Positions 41,300 to 50,978 of a DNA stretch of 64,000 bases are shown here, in pieces (positions within the stretch are counted from its first letter, which is position 1; each line of letters starts with the position of its first letter). The DNA comes from an uncultured delta proteobacterium (GTDB taxonomy: Bacteria > Myxococcota_A > Polyangia > Polyangiales > Houyiibacteriaceae). The stretch is taken from positions 384,001 through 448,000 of the forward strand of contig CAVOVB010000001.1 in NCBI GenBank assembly GCA_963699755.1, written 5' to 3'. A model generated the notes under the pieces. That model was not told the origin of the DNA, searched no databases, and saw only the letters and a list, made by a program, of their open reading frames with translations. The translations under genes were made by a program, and so were the position numbers.

Positions 41300-42723
41300 T
41301 GCTCCGCTCGCTTCAAAGAAGGCTGCTCGAGCCTCGCGACGCTGCCTCCTTGGCGGCGTTTCGTTTTCTCTTCGGCGCTATTCTCTGCGTGAGCTCGGTT
41401 CGTTTCCTCTGGAACGGCTGGGTCGAGCGCTTCTACGTACAACCGACGTTCTTCTTCAAGTACTGGGGCTTCGAATGGGTGCGCGTCCTACCAGAGCCCT
41501 GGATGACCGCGGCCTACGTCGCGATGGCGGTGCTCGCCGCATTCGTCGCGCTCGGGTTCCTTTATCGTTTCTCGATCGCCGCGCTGTTCCTGCTGTTCAC
41601 GTACGTGGAGCTCATCGACGTCACCAACTACCTAAACCACTACTACCTCGTCAGTCTCCTCGGATTTCTGATGTGCTTCTTGCCGTTGCAACGCGCCTAC
41701 TCGATCGACGCGTGGCTCCGGCCGGACCGATTCGAGCCCGTGGTGCCGGCCTGGATGCTCTACCTGATGCGCTTTCAGATCGGGGTCGTCTACTTCTACG
41801 CCGGAATCGCGAAGCTTCAGCCTGACTGGCTCCTGCACGCGCAGCCTCTCGGAATTTGGCTCGCCGCGCGAGCGGAGACACCGCTCATCGGAGCGCTTCT
41901 CACGTGGCCCACGATGCCCCACATCATGAGCTGGGCGGGCTTCTTGAACGACACCTTGGTCGTCCCGTTTCTTCTCTGGCGTAAGACGCGACCGTACGCC
42001 TTCGCCACGGTCGTTTTCTTTCACTTCTGCACACACCTGCTCTTCGTCATCGGCGTGTTTCCGTTCTTGATGGTCAGCGGAGCGACCTTGTTCTTCGATC
42101 CGGATTGGCCGAGAAAGCTCGCCTCGCGCTTGGGCGCATGGGTCGGCCGTCCGATCACGCCAGCCGTCGGCTCTGGCGAGCCTCGAAGTGAGCCGGCGGG
42201 ACGTTGGTCGACGGCGGCCGCGGCGCTCGTGGCGGTTTACTGCCTCGTGCAGGCGGTCGTTCCGCTTCGGGCCCATCTCTACCCCGGAGACGTGCTCTGG
42301 CACGAGCAGGGGATGCGCTACTCCTGGCGCGTGATGGTTCGCGAGAAGAACGGAAGCATCCGTTACCGCGTCCGGTGGCGTGGAGCGCAACGCGAGGTCC
42401 AGGTCCCGCCGAGCCGCTACCTCACCAACCATCAGGAGCGGGAGACGTCCGGACAGCCCGACTTGATCCTTCAGCTCGCGCGCCGAATCGCCCGCGACTA
42501 CGAGGACCGCGGCCATGAGGACGTCGAGGTTCGCGTCGACGCGCTGGTGTCGCTGAATGGCCGGCGCGCCGCAGCCATGATCGACCCTGACGTCGATCTC
42601 GCGAGCGAGTCGGACACGCTCGCCATCATGCGTTGGATTGCACCCTCCCCTCCGGGCGAGCCTCTGCCTGCTTATCCCGACGCACGGAGGCTCGTAGTCC
42701 AGTCGAAGCGGATCGCGAGGTGA
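41299..42723 (+). CDS. HTTM domain / vitamin K-dependent gamma-carboxylase-like membrane protein
   Basis: LAAFRFLFG, YLNHYYL, VYFYAGIAKLQPDWL, FHFCT, IGVFP, EQGMRYSWRVMVREK, QPDLILQLA, SLNGR. Confidence 0.9.
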   Translation: MLRSLQRRLLEPRDAASLAAFRFLFGAILCVSSVRFLWNGWVERFYVQPTFFFKYWGFEWVRVLPEPWMTAAYVAMAVLAAFVALGFLYRFSIAALFLLFTYVELIDVTNYLNHYYLVSLLGFLMCFLPLQRAYSIDAWLRPDRFEPVVPAWMLYLMRFQIGVVYFYAGIAKLQPDWLLHAQPLGIWLAARAETPLIGALLTWPTMPHIMSWAGFLNDTLVVPFLLWRKTRPYAFATVVFFHFCTHLLFVIGVFPFLMVSGATLFFDPDWPRKLASRLGAWVGRPITPAVGSGEPRSEPAGRWSTAAAALVAVYCLVQAVVPLRAHLYPGDVLWHEQGMRYSWRVMVREKNGSIRYRVRWRGAQREVQVPPSRYLTNHQERETSGQPDLILQLARRIARDYEDRGHEDVEVRVDALVSLNGRRAAAMIDPDVDLASESDTLAIMRWIAPSPPGEPLPAYPDARRLVVQSKRIAR

Positions 42724-45161
42724 GCAAACGGCGATTCAAGCGCGCTCGGGCAGGACTCGTGGCGCGACTGCTGGTCCTCGTGGTATTCGGCGTCGCTCCG
42801 CGGGTAGCGCACGCGGAAGAGCCCGAGACCCACCCGGAGACGGACGCCCGCGTCAGCGCCGACTCCAATGCTCGCGACGACGCCATGCTCGAGGAGGAGC
42901 TACAGTTACTCGAGGATCAAGTCTACGAAGACGGGGAAGGCGCGCCGCCGTCCGAGGGCGAAGGCGAGCCCTCGCCGCCGAGCTCGAAACCGGAACCGAG
43001 CTCGGCGGTACCCGAGCTCCGCGAAGTGACGGTTCGCTATCGGCCTCAGGACATCTTTCGCATGGGCGGCTCGGTGCAGGCGCTCGACCAGAAACAACTG
43101 CAGACCGTCCAGTACGATGATCCCAACGCGGTCCTGCTTCAGGTTCCCGGCGTCTACATTCGGCAGGAAGACGGTTTTGGCCTTCGCCCCAACATCGGTC
43201 TTCGGGGAACCAATCCCGACCGAAGCTCGAAGGTCACGCTGATGGAGGACGGCGTGCTCTTCGGCCCGGCGCCCTACTCGGCTCCTGCCGCTTACTACTT
43301 TCCGATGATGGCCCGAATCACCGGTGTCGAAGTCTTCAAAGGCCCGGCAGCGATTCTCTACGGCCCACAGACCGTGGCTGGTGCGATCAACTACCTGAGC
43401 CGCCCAGTGCCCGAGAAGCCGCGGGGGCAGGTCGATCTTTCGTACGGACGATTTCAGACCTTCCGCGGCCATCTGCACTACGGACGCCAGAACGACTGGG
43501 GGGGATTCATCGTCGAGGGCATTTACCTCGGCACTCAGGGCTTCAAAGAGCTCGATGGCGACTACGGCCGCGGCAACACCGGCTTTCAGCGGGGCGAGCT
43601 GATGGTCAAGGGCTTCGTCAACAACGACCTCGCATCGCATGCGTTCAATCGGCTGACCGTCAAGTTCGTCGGATCCAGAGAGAGCTCGAATGAAACATAT
43701 CTCGGCCTCACCGACGAGGACTTCGCCTCGAACCCCGACCGCCGCTATGCCTCGAGCCAGCTCGACAACATGCAGTGGTGGCGCACCGCGATCGATTTGA
43801 CCCACAACTTGGCCGTCGGCGATCACATCCTGCTCGAAACCACCGGATACTGGCGTAACTTCGATCGAACGTGGGAGCGGCTCAACCAGTTTCGAGATGG
43901 GACTCAGCTCCTCGACGTTTTGACCCAGCCGACGACACCGCCTCTGGACTCGTACTACCTCGTGCTCACCGGCGAGCAGAACTCGCCATCGGTGACTGGC
44001 GGAACCGACGCCCAGGACCTGATGGTCATCCGCAATCGACGCCGGTTCGTCGTGATGGGGATCCAGACGCGTCTTCGGGCGGATTTCAAGACGGGAAAGG
44101 TCCGTCACGAGATCGAGTCCGGCTTGCGATTTCACTACGACTCGGTGGACCGCTTTCAGCCCGAGCAGGGCTACCGTATGCAAAACACGCAGCTCGTCTG
44201 GGACGGGCTCACGTACGTCGACGATCCCGACCTGCTGATCGACGACAACAAGGGAGAGGCGCAGGCCCTGGCCGGTTACCTCGTCTACGGCCTCGAGATC
44301 GACGAGCTCGTCATCAAGCCCGGCGTGCGCGTGGAGTACATCCGCACGTTCTTCGAGGACGAGAGGAATGCGCCCGAGCTGGGCCGGGTCAGCGAAGACC
44401 CCCAACTCGTGTTCCTTCCGGGCATCGGCCTCCAATACACCATCTTCGAAGGCTTCGCGGTGCTTGGCGGGGTGCACCGCGGGTTCAGCGCCGTAACTCC
44501 GGGCAACCGCGAAACCACGGATCCCGAGCTATCGATCAACTACGAGGCCGGCTTTCGCTACGTCACGAGGGACGGAACCGGCTTTGGAGAAGTGATCGGG
44601 TTTTTCAACGACTACAACAACATCACGAGTGAGTGCACCCAGTCCGCCGGGTGTGATCCCGACCTCGTCAACCAACAGTTCAACAACGGGCGTGCCTTCA
44701 TCGGCGGGGTCGAGGTGATGGGAGGCTACACGGTCGCGCTTCCGCGCGAGCTGTCGATGCCGCTTCGAGTCGCATACACGTACACCAGTGCGACGTACCA
44801 AACGACGTTTGAGTCGTCCGATCCGACGATCGGCGACGTCGAGAAGGGCGATCCGATCCCCTACGTTCCCGCCCACGTGCTCAACGCCCGGCTCGGGTTC
44901 GAGAAGAGCTTCTGGGGTACCTATTTGATCGGGAACTACTTCGGGAAGATGGGGGAAGGCTTCGTTGGCTTGCAGCGGCTGCCCGACACCGAGAGTTACT
45001 TCATGTTGGATGTCGTCGGCCGCGTTCGCTTCGAACCCGTGGAGGCTTACCTTCGCCTTCAGAACATCACCAATGCGCGCGCGATCGTGTCCCGACGACC
45101 CTACGGCGCCAGGCCGACCGCGCCGCTCATGGTCCAGGTCGGCGTTCAAGTCACCTTCTAA
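42720..45161 (+). CDS. TonB-dependent receptor (FecA-like)
   Basis: Plug VPGVYIRQEDGFGLRPNIGLRG, VEVFKGPAAILYGP; C-terminal Phe. Confidence 0.93.
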   Translation: MSKRRFKRARAGLVARLLVLVVFGVAPRVAHAEEPETHPETDARVSADSNARDDAMLEEELQLLEDQVYEDGEGAPPSEGEGEPSPPSSKPEPSSAVPELREVTVRYRPQDIFRMGGSVQALDQKQLQTVQYDDPNAVLLQVPGVYIRQEDGFGLRPNIGLRGTNPDRSSKVTLMEDGVLFGPAPYSAPAAYYFPMMARITGVEVFKGPAAILYGPQTVAGAINYLSRPVPEKPRGQVDLSYGRFQTFRGHLHYGRQNDWGGFIVEGIYLGTQGFKELDGDYGRGNTGFQRGELMVKGFVNNDLASHAFNRLTVKFVGSRESSNETYLGLTDEDFASNPDRRYASSQLDNMQWWRTAIDLTHNLAVGDHILLETTGYWRNFDRTWERLNQFRDGTQLLDVLTQPTTPPLDSYYLVLTGEQNSPSVTGGTDAQDLMVIRNRRRFVVMGIQTRLRADFKTGKVRHEIESGLRFHYDSVDRFQPEQGYRMQNTQLVWDGLTYVDDPDLLIDDNKGEAQALAGYLVYGLEIDELVIKPGVRVEYIRTFFEDERNAPELGRVSEDPQLVFLPGIGLQYTIFEGFAVLGGVHRGFSAVTPGNRETTDPELSINYEAGFRYVTRDGTGFGEVIGFFNDYNNITSECTQSAGCDPDLVNQQFNNGRAFIGGVEVMGGYTVALPRELSMPLRVAYTYTSATYQTTFESSDPTIGDVEKGDPIPYVPAHVLNARLGFEKSFWGTYLIGNYFGKMGEGFVGLQRLPDTESYFMLDVVGRVRFEPVEAYLRLQNITNARAIVSRRPYGARPTAPLMVQVGVQVTF

Positions 45162-45227
45162 CTATTTGAATTTACGCGGGATTCAAGCTCTTCAATTGAG
45201 CCGGCCCCGGAAGATGGCGGCGGGGTT

Positions 45228-45246
45228 GTTGAAGATGATTATCAAT
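45228..45246 (+). promoter_or_regulatory. Fur-box-like palindrome upstream of tonB
   Basis: GTTGAAGATGATTATCAAT. Confidence 0.7.
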
Positions 45247-45263
45247 GTCAGAGTTCTCTCGCG

Positions 45264-46007
45264 ATGAACCCCCGCTCGCCGAGCTTTCTGCTCTCTTCCA
45301 TCGTGGTTCACGGTGCGTTTTTCTCCGCGTTGGCGGCCACGCCCACCGAGGTGGAACCGAGCCCCATGAGCCGTGCGATCGAGTTCATCACGATCACCGA
45401 GCATGGTGGCGGACGCCTCGGAAACGACGAAAGCATCGGAGACGCGGCGAAGGTTCCCGAGACGCCACCCGAACGGCTCTTCCGAAAGGTGGAGCCGAAA
45501 CCGAAACCCTCACGTCCGGTCGCTGAGACCGCCCCGAAACCCGAGGCGCCGTCGGTTCCGAACGAGCCCATCGCGTCCGGCGCGCAAAGCGAGGGAGTCA
45601 CGGAGAATGCGACCGCTGCAAACGGCGATGCCTCGGCAATGGGCTCGGCGGGCACCGACCCGGAAGCGACGAAGTCGGGTGTGGGCAGTGGCGCGGAAGG
45701 CGTCGATCGACGGTCCGCGCTGCGTGCGTGGCTCAAGGAGGTCCAGCGCGAGGTCAACAAGATCGCCACGCGCAACTATCCACGCTCGGCCCTCCGCATG
45801 CGACTGGAAGGCAGGTTGCGCCTCGGCGTGACGATCGGCCCCGACGGAAAGATTCTCGGGGTCCGAGTTCTTTCGTCTTCGGGTCACAGCGTGCTCGACG
45901 AGTCGGCCACGGCCTCCGTCAACGCGCTCCACATTCCGCCGCCGCCCGAGGCCCTCGGCTGGCGCGCACGCGAGATCTCACTTCCAGTTCGGTACGCGCT
46001 GGATTGA
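45264..46007 (+). CDS. tonB: Energy transducer TonB
   Basis: SIVVHG TM anchor, Pro/Lys/Glu linker, YPRSA...EG, SSGHSVLD. Confidence 0.88.
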   Translation: MNPRSPSFLLSSIVVHGAFFSALAATPTEVEPSPMSRAIEFITITEHGGGRLGNDESIGDAAKVPETPPERLFRKVEPKPKPSRPVAETAPKPEAPSVPNEPIASGAQSEGVTENATAANGDASAMGSAGTDPEATKSGVGSGAEGVDRRSALRAWLKEVQREVNKIATRNYPRSALRMRLEGRLRLGVTIGPDGKILGVRVLSSSGHSVLDESATASVNALHIPPPPEALGWRAREISLPVRYALD

Positions 46008-46308
46008 ATCGAGCTGAAACGAGTCCCGGCTCGAGATCGAACCCGCGGCCAACACGAGGACCCGATCCCCGTCAATCGTTCGTGACGCCTGAGTCCGGGA
46101 TGGCTGCTTCGCTGATACCGGCGCCTCGTGCCTCGGGCTCCCCGGCGGTCGCGTCCCCGGAATCCTTGCATCCAGGACCGCCCTCGATCTTCACGGCATC
46201 GTGCTCGCAGGTGATCTTGTCCGATTTGGCCCTACTGGTGATGAGAAGGCGCATCCGACCGAGTAGCCCCCCTGCTCCCGCCGAGTCAGAGCATAGTCGA
46301 CACAAACG

Positions 46309-47780
46309 CAATGCCGTTCACTTAGGAGTCCCGCGGCGGTTTCCCTTTGCGGTTTGAAGGATACTGACTGGCTTTTCGCTTGAACGCTCTAGGGTAGCGG
46401 CGCGAGGAGCGCCGCTCTGGCAGGAGGAAAAGCGACAGTTGTTGCCGCAAGCGTTTGAGGTGCGTGGGAATGGCTCCCGGCTGAGCCACTGCGCACCAGA
46501 GAAACTCGTCACGAATGAATCGGTGGGACGCGATGAAGCTGATCCTCAGAGGGCTTACGTTCGCTTCCTTTGCGACCTGCTCCATCTCGCGACGCACGAG
46601 GTTGTACGCTAGAAGGACGCCCCACAATTCCTGCCGCACTCCCTGCGGAGTTTGACTTCGCATCGGGACGTTGCGCTCGAGCATGTCGGTCTTGAGCTCA
46701 CCGAAGCCCATCTCGATTTCCCATCGCTCGTGATACAGAGCGATGATCTCTTTTGCCGGATACTTCGTTGGGTCCAGCAACGAGGTCAGCAGCATTTGCT
46801 CCTTTCCACCTTTCATCCGATAGCGGATACGACGCACCCTCCAATGCAAGGGCAGCGTCGGCTCCTTTGCTCGTGTGGCCGCACATATCGTAAACTCCAC
46901 GAGCTCATCGGTGTGGGTGGTGCGCGTGACCACTCTGCCCGTTGTATCCGAGCGTGCACGAACCAGAAAATGGCGATTGGCGCCACCTTGGTGCAACGGG
47001 TGCAACACGTTGGAGGCCTGAAACCCGCGGTCCACAATCGTCAGAGAATCGTCGGGAATCTCATCCCAAAGTTGCCGCGCATAGGTGTGCTCGCCCTGCT
47101 TGCAAGGTCCAAAGGCGACCGCAGCAAGCATCTGTGAACGAAGCGCCATCAACGCAACCGCTCGCATCACGGGATATCCGCTGCCTTCTGGTGCGAGGCG
47201 ACCGACAATGAGTCCGAACTCGTGTCGGTTCGCCTCTGAATCGGGAACACGCAACGACGTTCCATCCACTGCATACAACGCCAGACCACGCCACCGACCC
47301 CGATCGGCGCTTTGATGAGCCCACTTGTTCGCGCACTGCTCAAACAGCCACCGCACAGGCTCTTGTCCCAGCCGCGCTCGAGCCTGCGAAATGGCGCTCG
47401 GAGCCACCGTTACGTGACCCGAGCCGGGCAACGCCAGGTCGAGCTTGTTCACCACGTCCGTGATCGACCGGTCCTTGAACAGCGCCATGCCGAGCACCAA
47501 CCACACCACTTGCTCCGCCGGTAGCCGTCTGCGTCTCAGCGTCGCCGTGCCTGTCGCACGCAGCGCCTCTTCAATCCACTCTCGCGGGAGGTGCTTGCGA
47601 AATGCATCGAGCTCCGGCGGTCCACCTAGACTCGCACAACCAGTGACAATCTCCTGCAACATGGGCCAACCCCCCTCGGTGCTGGCCAGTCTGATCTCAT
47701 CGGCGACCGATTAACAGAACCTTTCCACGCCGACTTCCCAAAGCATTTCGATCACTTCCATCACTAACTGATCGGCATTG
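46309..47780 (-). mobile_element. IS4-family element, apparently intact
   Basis: IRs CAATGCCGTTCACTTAG and CTAACTGATCGGCATTG; 10-bp target duplication GACACAAACG (46299-46308, 47781-47790). Confidence 0.95.
46322..47662 (-). CDS. IS4-family DDE transposase
   Basis: [31 protein letters not shown] (YREK). Confidence 0.95.
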   Translation of the reverse strand: MLQEIVTGCASLGGPPELDAFRKHLPREWIEEALRATGTATLRRRRLPAEQVVWLVLGMALFKDRSITDVVNKLDLALPGSGHVTVAPSAISQARARLGQEPVRWLFEQCANKWAHQSADRGRWRGLALYAVDGTSLRVPDSEANRHEFGLIVGRLAPEGSGYPVMRAVALMALRSQMLAAVAFGPCKQGEHTYARQLWDEIPDDSLTIVDRGFQASNVLHPLHQGGANRHFLVRARSDTTGRVVTRTTHTDELVEFTICAATRAKEPTLPLHWRVRRIRYRMKGGKEQMLLTSLLDPTKYPAKEIIALYHERWEIEMGFGELKTDMLERNVPMRSQTPQGVRQELWGVLLAYNLVRREMEQVAKEANVSPLRISFIASHRFIRDEFLWCAVAQPGAIPTHLKRLRQQLSLFLLPERRSSRRYPRAFKRKASQYPSNRKGKPPRDS

Positions 47781-47824
47781 GACACAAACGCCCTTTCCGG
47801 TTCGCGTCCCTGGCGACATACCAT

Positions 47825-48725
47825 CTGATATGTAGCGACCTGTCTACTGAGAAGATGGGGTTTGCTTTGTTTCCGTTGTGGTTGGTTGAACGGCTCAAAG
47901 AAGCTGGCGAACAAAGCGACGGTTGACCAATCTGATATTCGTGGATCGACCCGAAGGCCGCCGACATGGTCATCATCCGTCGGGAGCTCGCTCAGACTAG
48001 TGGCGCGAGTTGGGCACGGCCGTGCCTATCGCATAGATGTTTCGAGGCTTGTCCTTCCCGTGGGGATGCTTGCCAGCTTCTTTGAACCGTTCAACAAGGA
48101 GGCCCTGCGTGTTCATCTCGGCTTCGCGCTGCCGCCCGACGGCCCACACAAACCCGGCGAGCTCTCGACTCATCGCGGTCACCGCGGTAAGCATCGCCAC
48201 CCCGCGAAGGCTTTGCAGGGCCAGGACCAGCTCTTGCATCCGTGGCGGCGCCTGCTCGACCGCGCGGTCGAGCGCCTTGTCGAGCCGCGCCACGCGCTCG
48301 GTGGCATGCTCGACTTCGTTCTTGTAGTCCACAAACGTCTCCTCTTGCGCCGTATGGTCGAACACCTGCGAATCGAGCCAACGCCAATGCGCCTGGCCCC
48401 AGGCTTGGCTCTGGATATCTCGACGGCGGCCCAGGCGAAGCAAGAATTCCCCAGCCGGTTCGCCCTGCCGAGCTTTTTCATCGCCTTGCGAATCGAGTCG
48501 GGCTGATTCGGAATCGTCCCTACCCCGCGACCACGACCACGGCCGCCTCCTTCGGCCACCGCCACCGTGATCGTGTCCGCGTGCACATCCAGTCCCACGT
48601 ACGTCCAGCTTGCTGTATGGTTCGACATGACCGACTCCCTTCGTATGTAGCTCTGCGCTACGGTCTTTTCCGATTCGCGGCGTAAACTACGGTCTGCGAT
48701 CGGAGTCGGTCGCTACATCTTGACT
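47825..48725 (-). mobile_element. IS1111-group IS110 element with internally deleted transposase and intact ends
   Basis: YVGLDVHADTI; subterminal IRs ATGTAGCGACC 47830-47840 and GGTCGCTACAT 48708-48718; CT at both junctions. Confidence 0.88.
47885..48095 (-). ncRNA. Predicted seekRNA/bridge RNA in the IS1111 3' non-coding end
   Basis: Closed by ~24-bp inverted repeat; contains AACATCTA and ACTAG (target match) and ATATCAG (donor match). Confidence 0.65.
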
Positions 48726-48743
48726 AGTACCGCGAAATTCGGC

Positions 48744-49791
48744 TGTAAGCCCAATATAGAAATGTCGGGTTTGTGCCAGATTCAAATGTCGGGGTTACCC
48801 GCCCCCGATGGACTCAGGGCTCGTCGTCATGAGCCGGCGCGAGATCGAGCGAGCGCATGTGATGCGCGCGATTGAGGAGCGCCGGCTGACCCAGAAACAA
48901 GCCGCTACGCAGCTGCGGTTGAGCGTGCGTCAGATCGAAGAAGGCATTCGGAAGACTCGTGCGCAGCGTTGCAAACGCATTCAGCAGCCGCGTCACCGTC
49001 GCGATCGCACGGGCGAGCTTGTGCAGATCGACGGCTCGGACCACCACTGGTTTGAGAACCGCGGTCCGAAATGCGTGCTCCTAGTCTACGTCGACGACGC
49101 GACGGGCAAGCTCATGGCGCTCCGGATGTGTGAGTCGGCGTTGAGCTACTTTCACGCGACGCGCGGCTATCTAGAGCGTCACGGCAAGCCGGTGGCCTTT
49201 TACAGGGACAAAGCGGGGGTGTTCCGCGTAATGCCAAGAGTCCCAGGGCCGGCGACGGCTTCACGCAATTTGGCCGCGCCATGACCGACCTCAATATCGA
49301 CGTGATTTGCGCCAATACGCCCGCGGCCAAAGGCCGCGTGGAGCGCGCACACCAAAGGCTTCAAGACCGGCTCGTTAAGGAGCTCCGGCTGCGCGGCATC
49401 TGCACGATGGACGACGCCAATCGGTACTTGCCCGAGTTCATCGAGGACTACAATCGGCGCTTCGCACGGGCCGTCCGAAAACGCCAACAACAAGAAGAAC
49501 AGGAGCTCGTCCGCTCCGCCAAGAGCAAGCGCGAGCAGCGCATCGTGCGCGACCGCTTCGCGGACCGGCTGCCGCCTCCGGGACCCTGAGCCGACCGGCC
49601 CGCGCGAGGCCTACCGACGCCCTCTCAAGCCATCCGCCCTCTTGCCCCCACGGCGACGTTCCCCCAGACGCACCGACGTGTTCGCCCTGCAGAAACCGCC
49701 GTCAGACGCAGCTTCCGGCCGGCCCGCACCCGGCTCCTCCCCGACATTTCAATCTTGGAGAACTAGCCGACGCCTCAGTTTGGTTTTGACA
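48744..49791 (+). mobile_element. IS1202-family (ISNCY) element, degraded
   Basis: TGT...ACA ends, repeated AAATGTCGG/CCGACATTT; GELVQIDGSDHHWFE, VDDATG, AKGRVER; deletions and frameshift. Confidence 0.8.
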
Positions 49792-49829
49792 TGGCGCTCA
49801 CCTTGAGCCCGATGGGCTAAGAGGCGGGT

Positions 49830-50004
49830 CGTCGATCGCGAGCAGCCGAGCTCCTCGTTTCCAAGCTTCGGCGACGCCGCCGGCGGGTTCGAGGTCTTCA
49901 TGTCCGAGGGGTATAGCCATGTGGACGTCGTGTCCGCCGAAGACGACGAGACCAACAACTTCGTCGCGCCGCTACTCGCGTTCATCGAGCGCTACCTGGA
50001 GTAG
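49830..50004 (+). pseudogene. C-terminal fragment of hydrolase-like gene
   Basis: GGFEVFMSEGYSHVDVVSAED...IERYLE*, begins right after the repeat tail. Confidence 0.35.
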
Positions 50005-50012
50005 TTGCAGCG

Positions 50013-50822
50013 TCAGCCCCAAAGCTCGTAGAGCGAGATTACGATCTCGAGGAGGATGAGCATGACGATGTACCACTCGACTCGGAGACTCTGGCTGTGC
50101 AGCCGGAGATCGAGGAGCACGCGGGCGGCGCTCGACATGACGTCGAGCTTGCGTTCGAGAGCTCGGTGCCGCTCGACGAGCTCGAGCTCGTCGCTGAGCC
50201 GCGCGTAGAGCGAGTCCAACTCCGGGTGCTCCCAGAGGACCTCGGGCTTCTCGGCCGCTTCGACTCTACCTACCGTACGAGTGAGGGCGAGAAGGGTACT
50301 GCCGATGCGTTTGGCGAGTGCGCGTGCGCTGCGCGGGGTGCGTCCCTCGCGTTCCAGGTCAAGGGCCAGAGGCTCCACCTCCTCAAAGGCAGACGCCGCT
50401 GTCTGCTCGTAGTGAATCAGTGCGACACTCTTCGCGAGGGCGTCGGCAATCACTTGCATCCGGTGGATGTCGATGGTCGGACAGACCACGACCCCATCGC
50501 GTACGCGATCGCCATCGATCTTCTGCGTCGTGAGCCGGAGCCCGTCGCTGACCGGCTCCTCGAATCGCTCGCGCAAGAGCGCGTCGAGCTCGGCCTGAAA
50601 TGCTCGCTGTTCCACGGGCATCACGTTGATGAACACGGCTACCCCGTACCGAAACAGCACGCAGAGCCCATCGCGACCCGCCTCGACCACCAGTGGCGTC
50701 GAGGCCAGACGGTGTGCTTCGAGCTGACGCGTGTCGATTCGCTGAGCGAGGTACACAGCGTCGACCGCAATGTGACGACCTTCGAGGGCCGTCCGGCGCA
50801 ATGCGTCGATACGCTTGACCAT
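50013..50822 (-). CDS. RMD1/DUF155 family protein
   Basis: VLFRYGVAVF, LAKSVAL..YE, EKPEVLWE, ELELVER, RVEWYIV. Confidence 0.88.
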   Translation of the reverse strand: MVKRIDALRRTALEGRHIAVDAVYLAQRIDTRQLEAHRLASTPLVVEAGRDGLCVLFRYGVAVFINVMPVEQRAFQAELDALLRERFEEPVSDGLRLTTQKIDGDRVRDGVVVCPTIDIHRMQVIADALAKSVALIHYEQTAASAFEEVEPLALDLEREGRTPRSARALAKRIGSTLLALTRTVGRVEAAEKPEVLWEHPELDSLYARLSDELELVERHRALERKLDVMSSAARVLLDLRLHSQSLRVEWYIVMLILLEIVISLYELWG

Positions 50823-50881
50823 TCGCGCCTGATAGCATGGAGCCGGGCCGGCAACCCGAGGCCTCTAGGACCTACGAGAGC

Positions 50882-50940
50882 AACAAACCTTCCAACAAAC
50901 CTTCCCAGGTTGAAACCAACGAACCTTCCCAGGTTGAAAA
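50882..50940 (+). repeat. Repeat array left of RAYT2
   Basis: AACCTTCCCAGGTTGAAA x2 plus partial AACAAACCTTCC. Confidence 0.85.
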
Positions 50941-50978
50941 GAAGGAAACCCGCGGGGGCAGCGACCGAAGAGTAGGGC

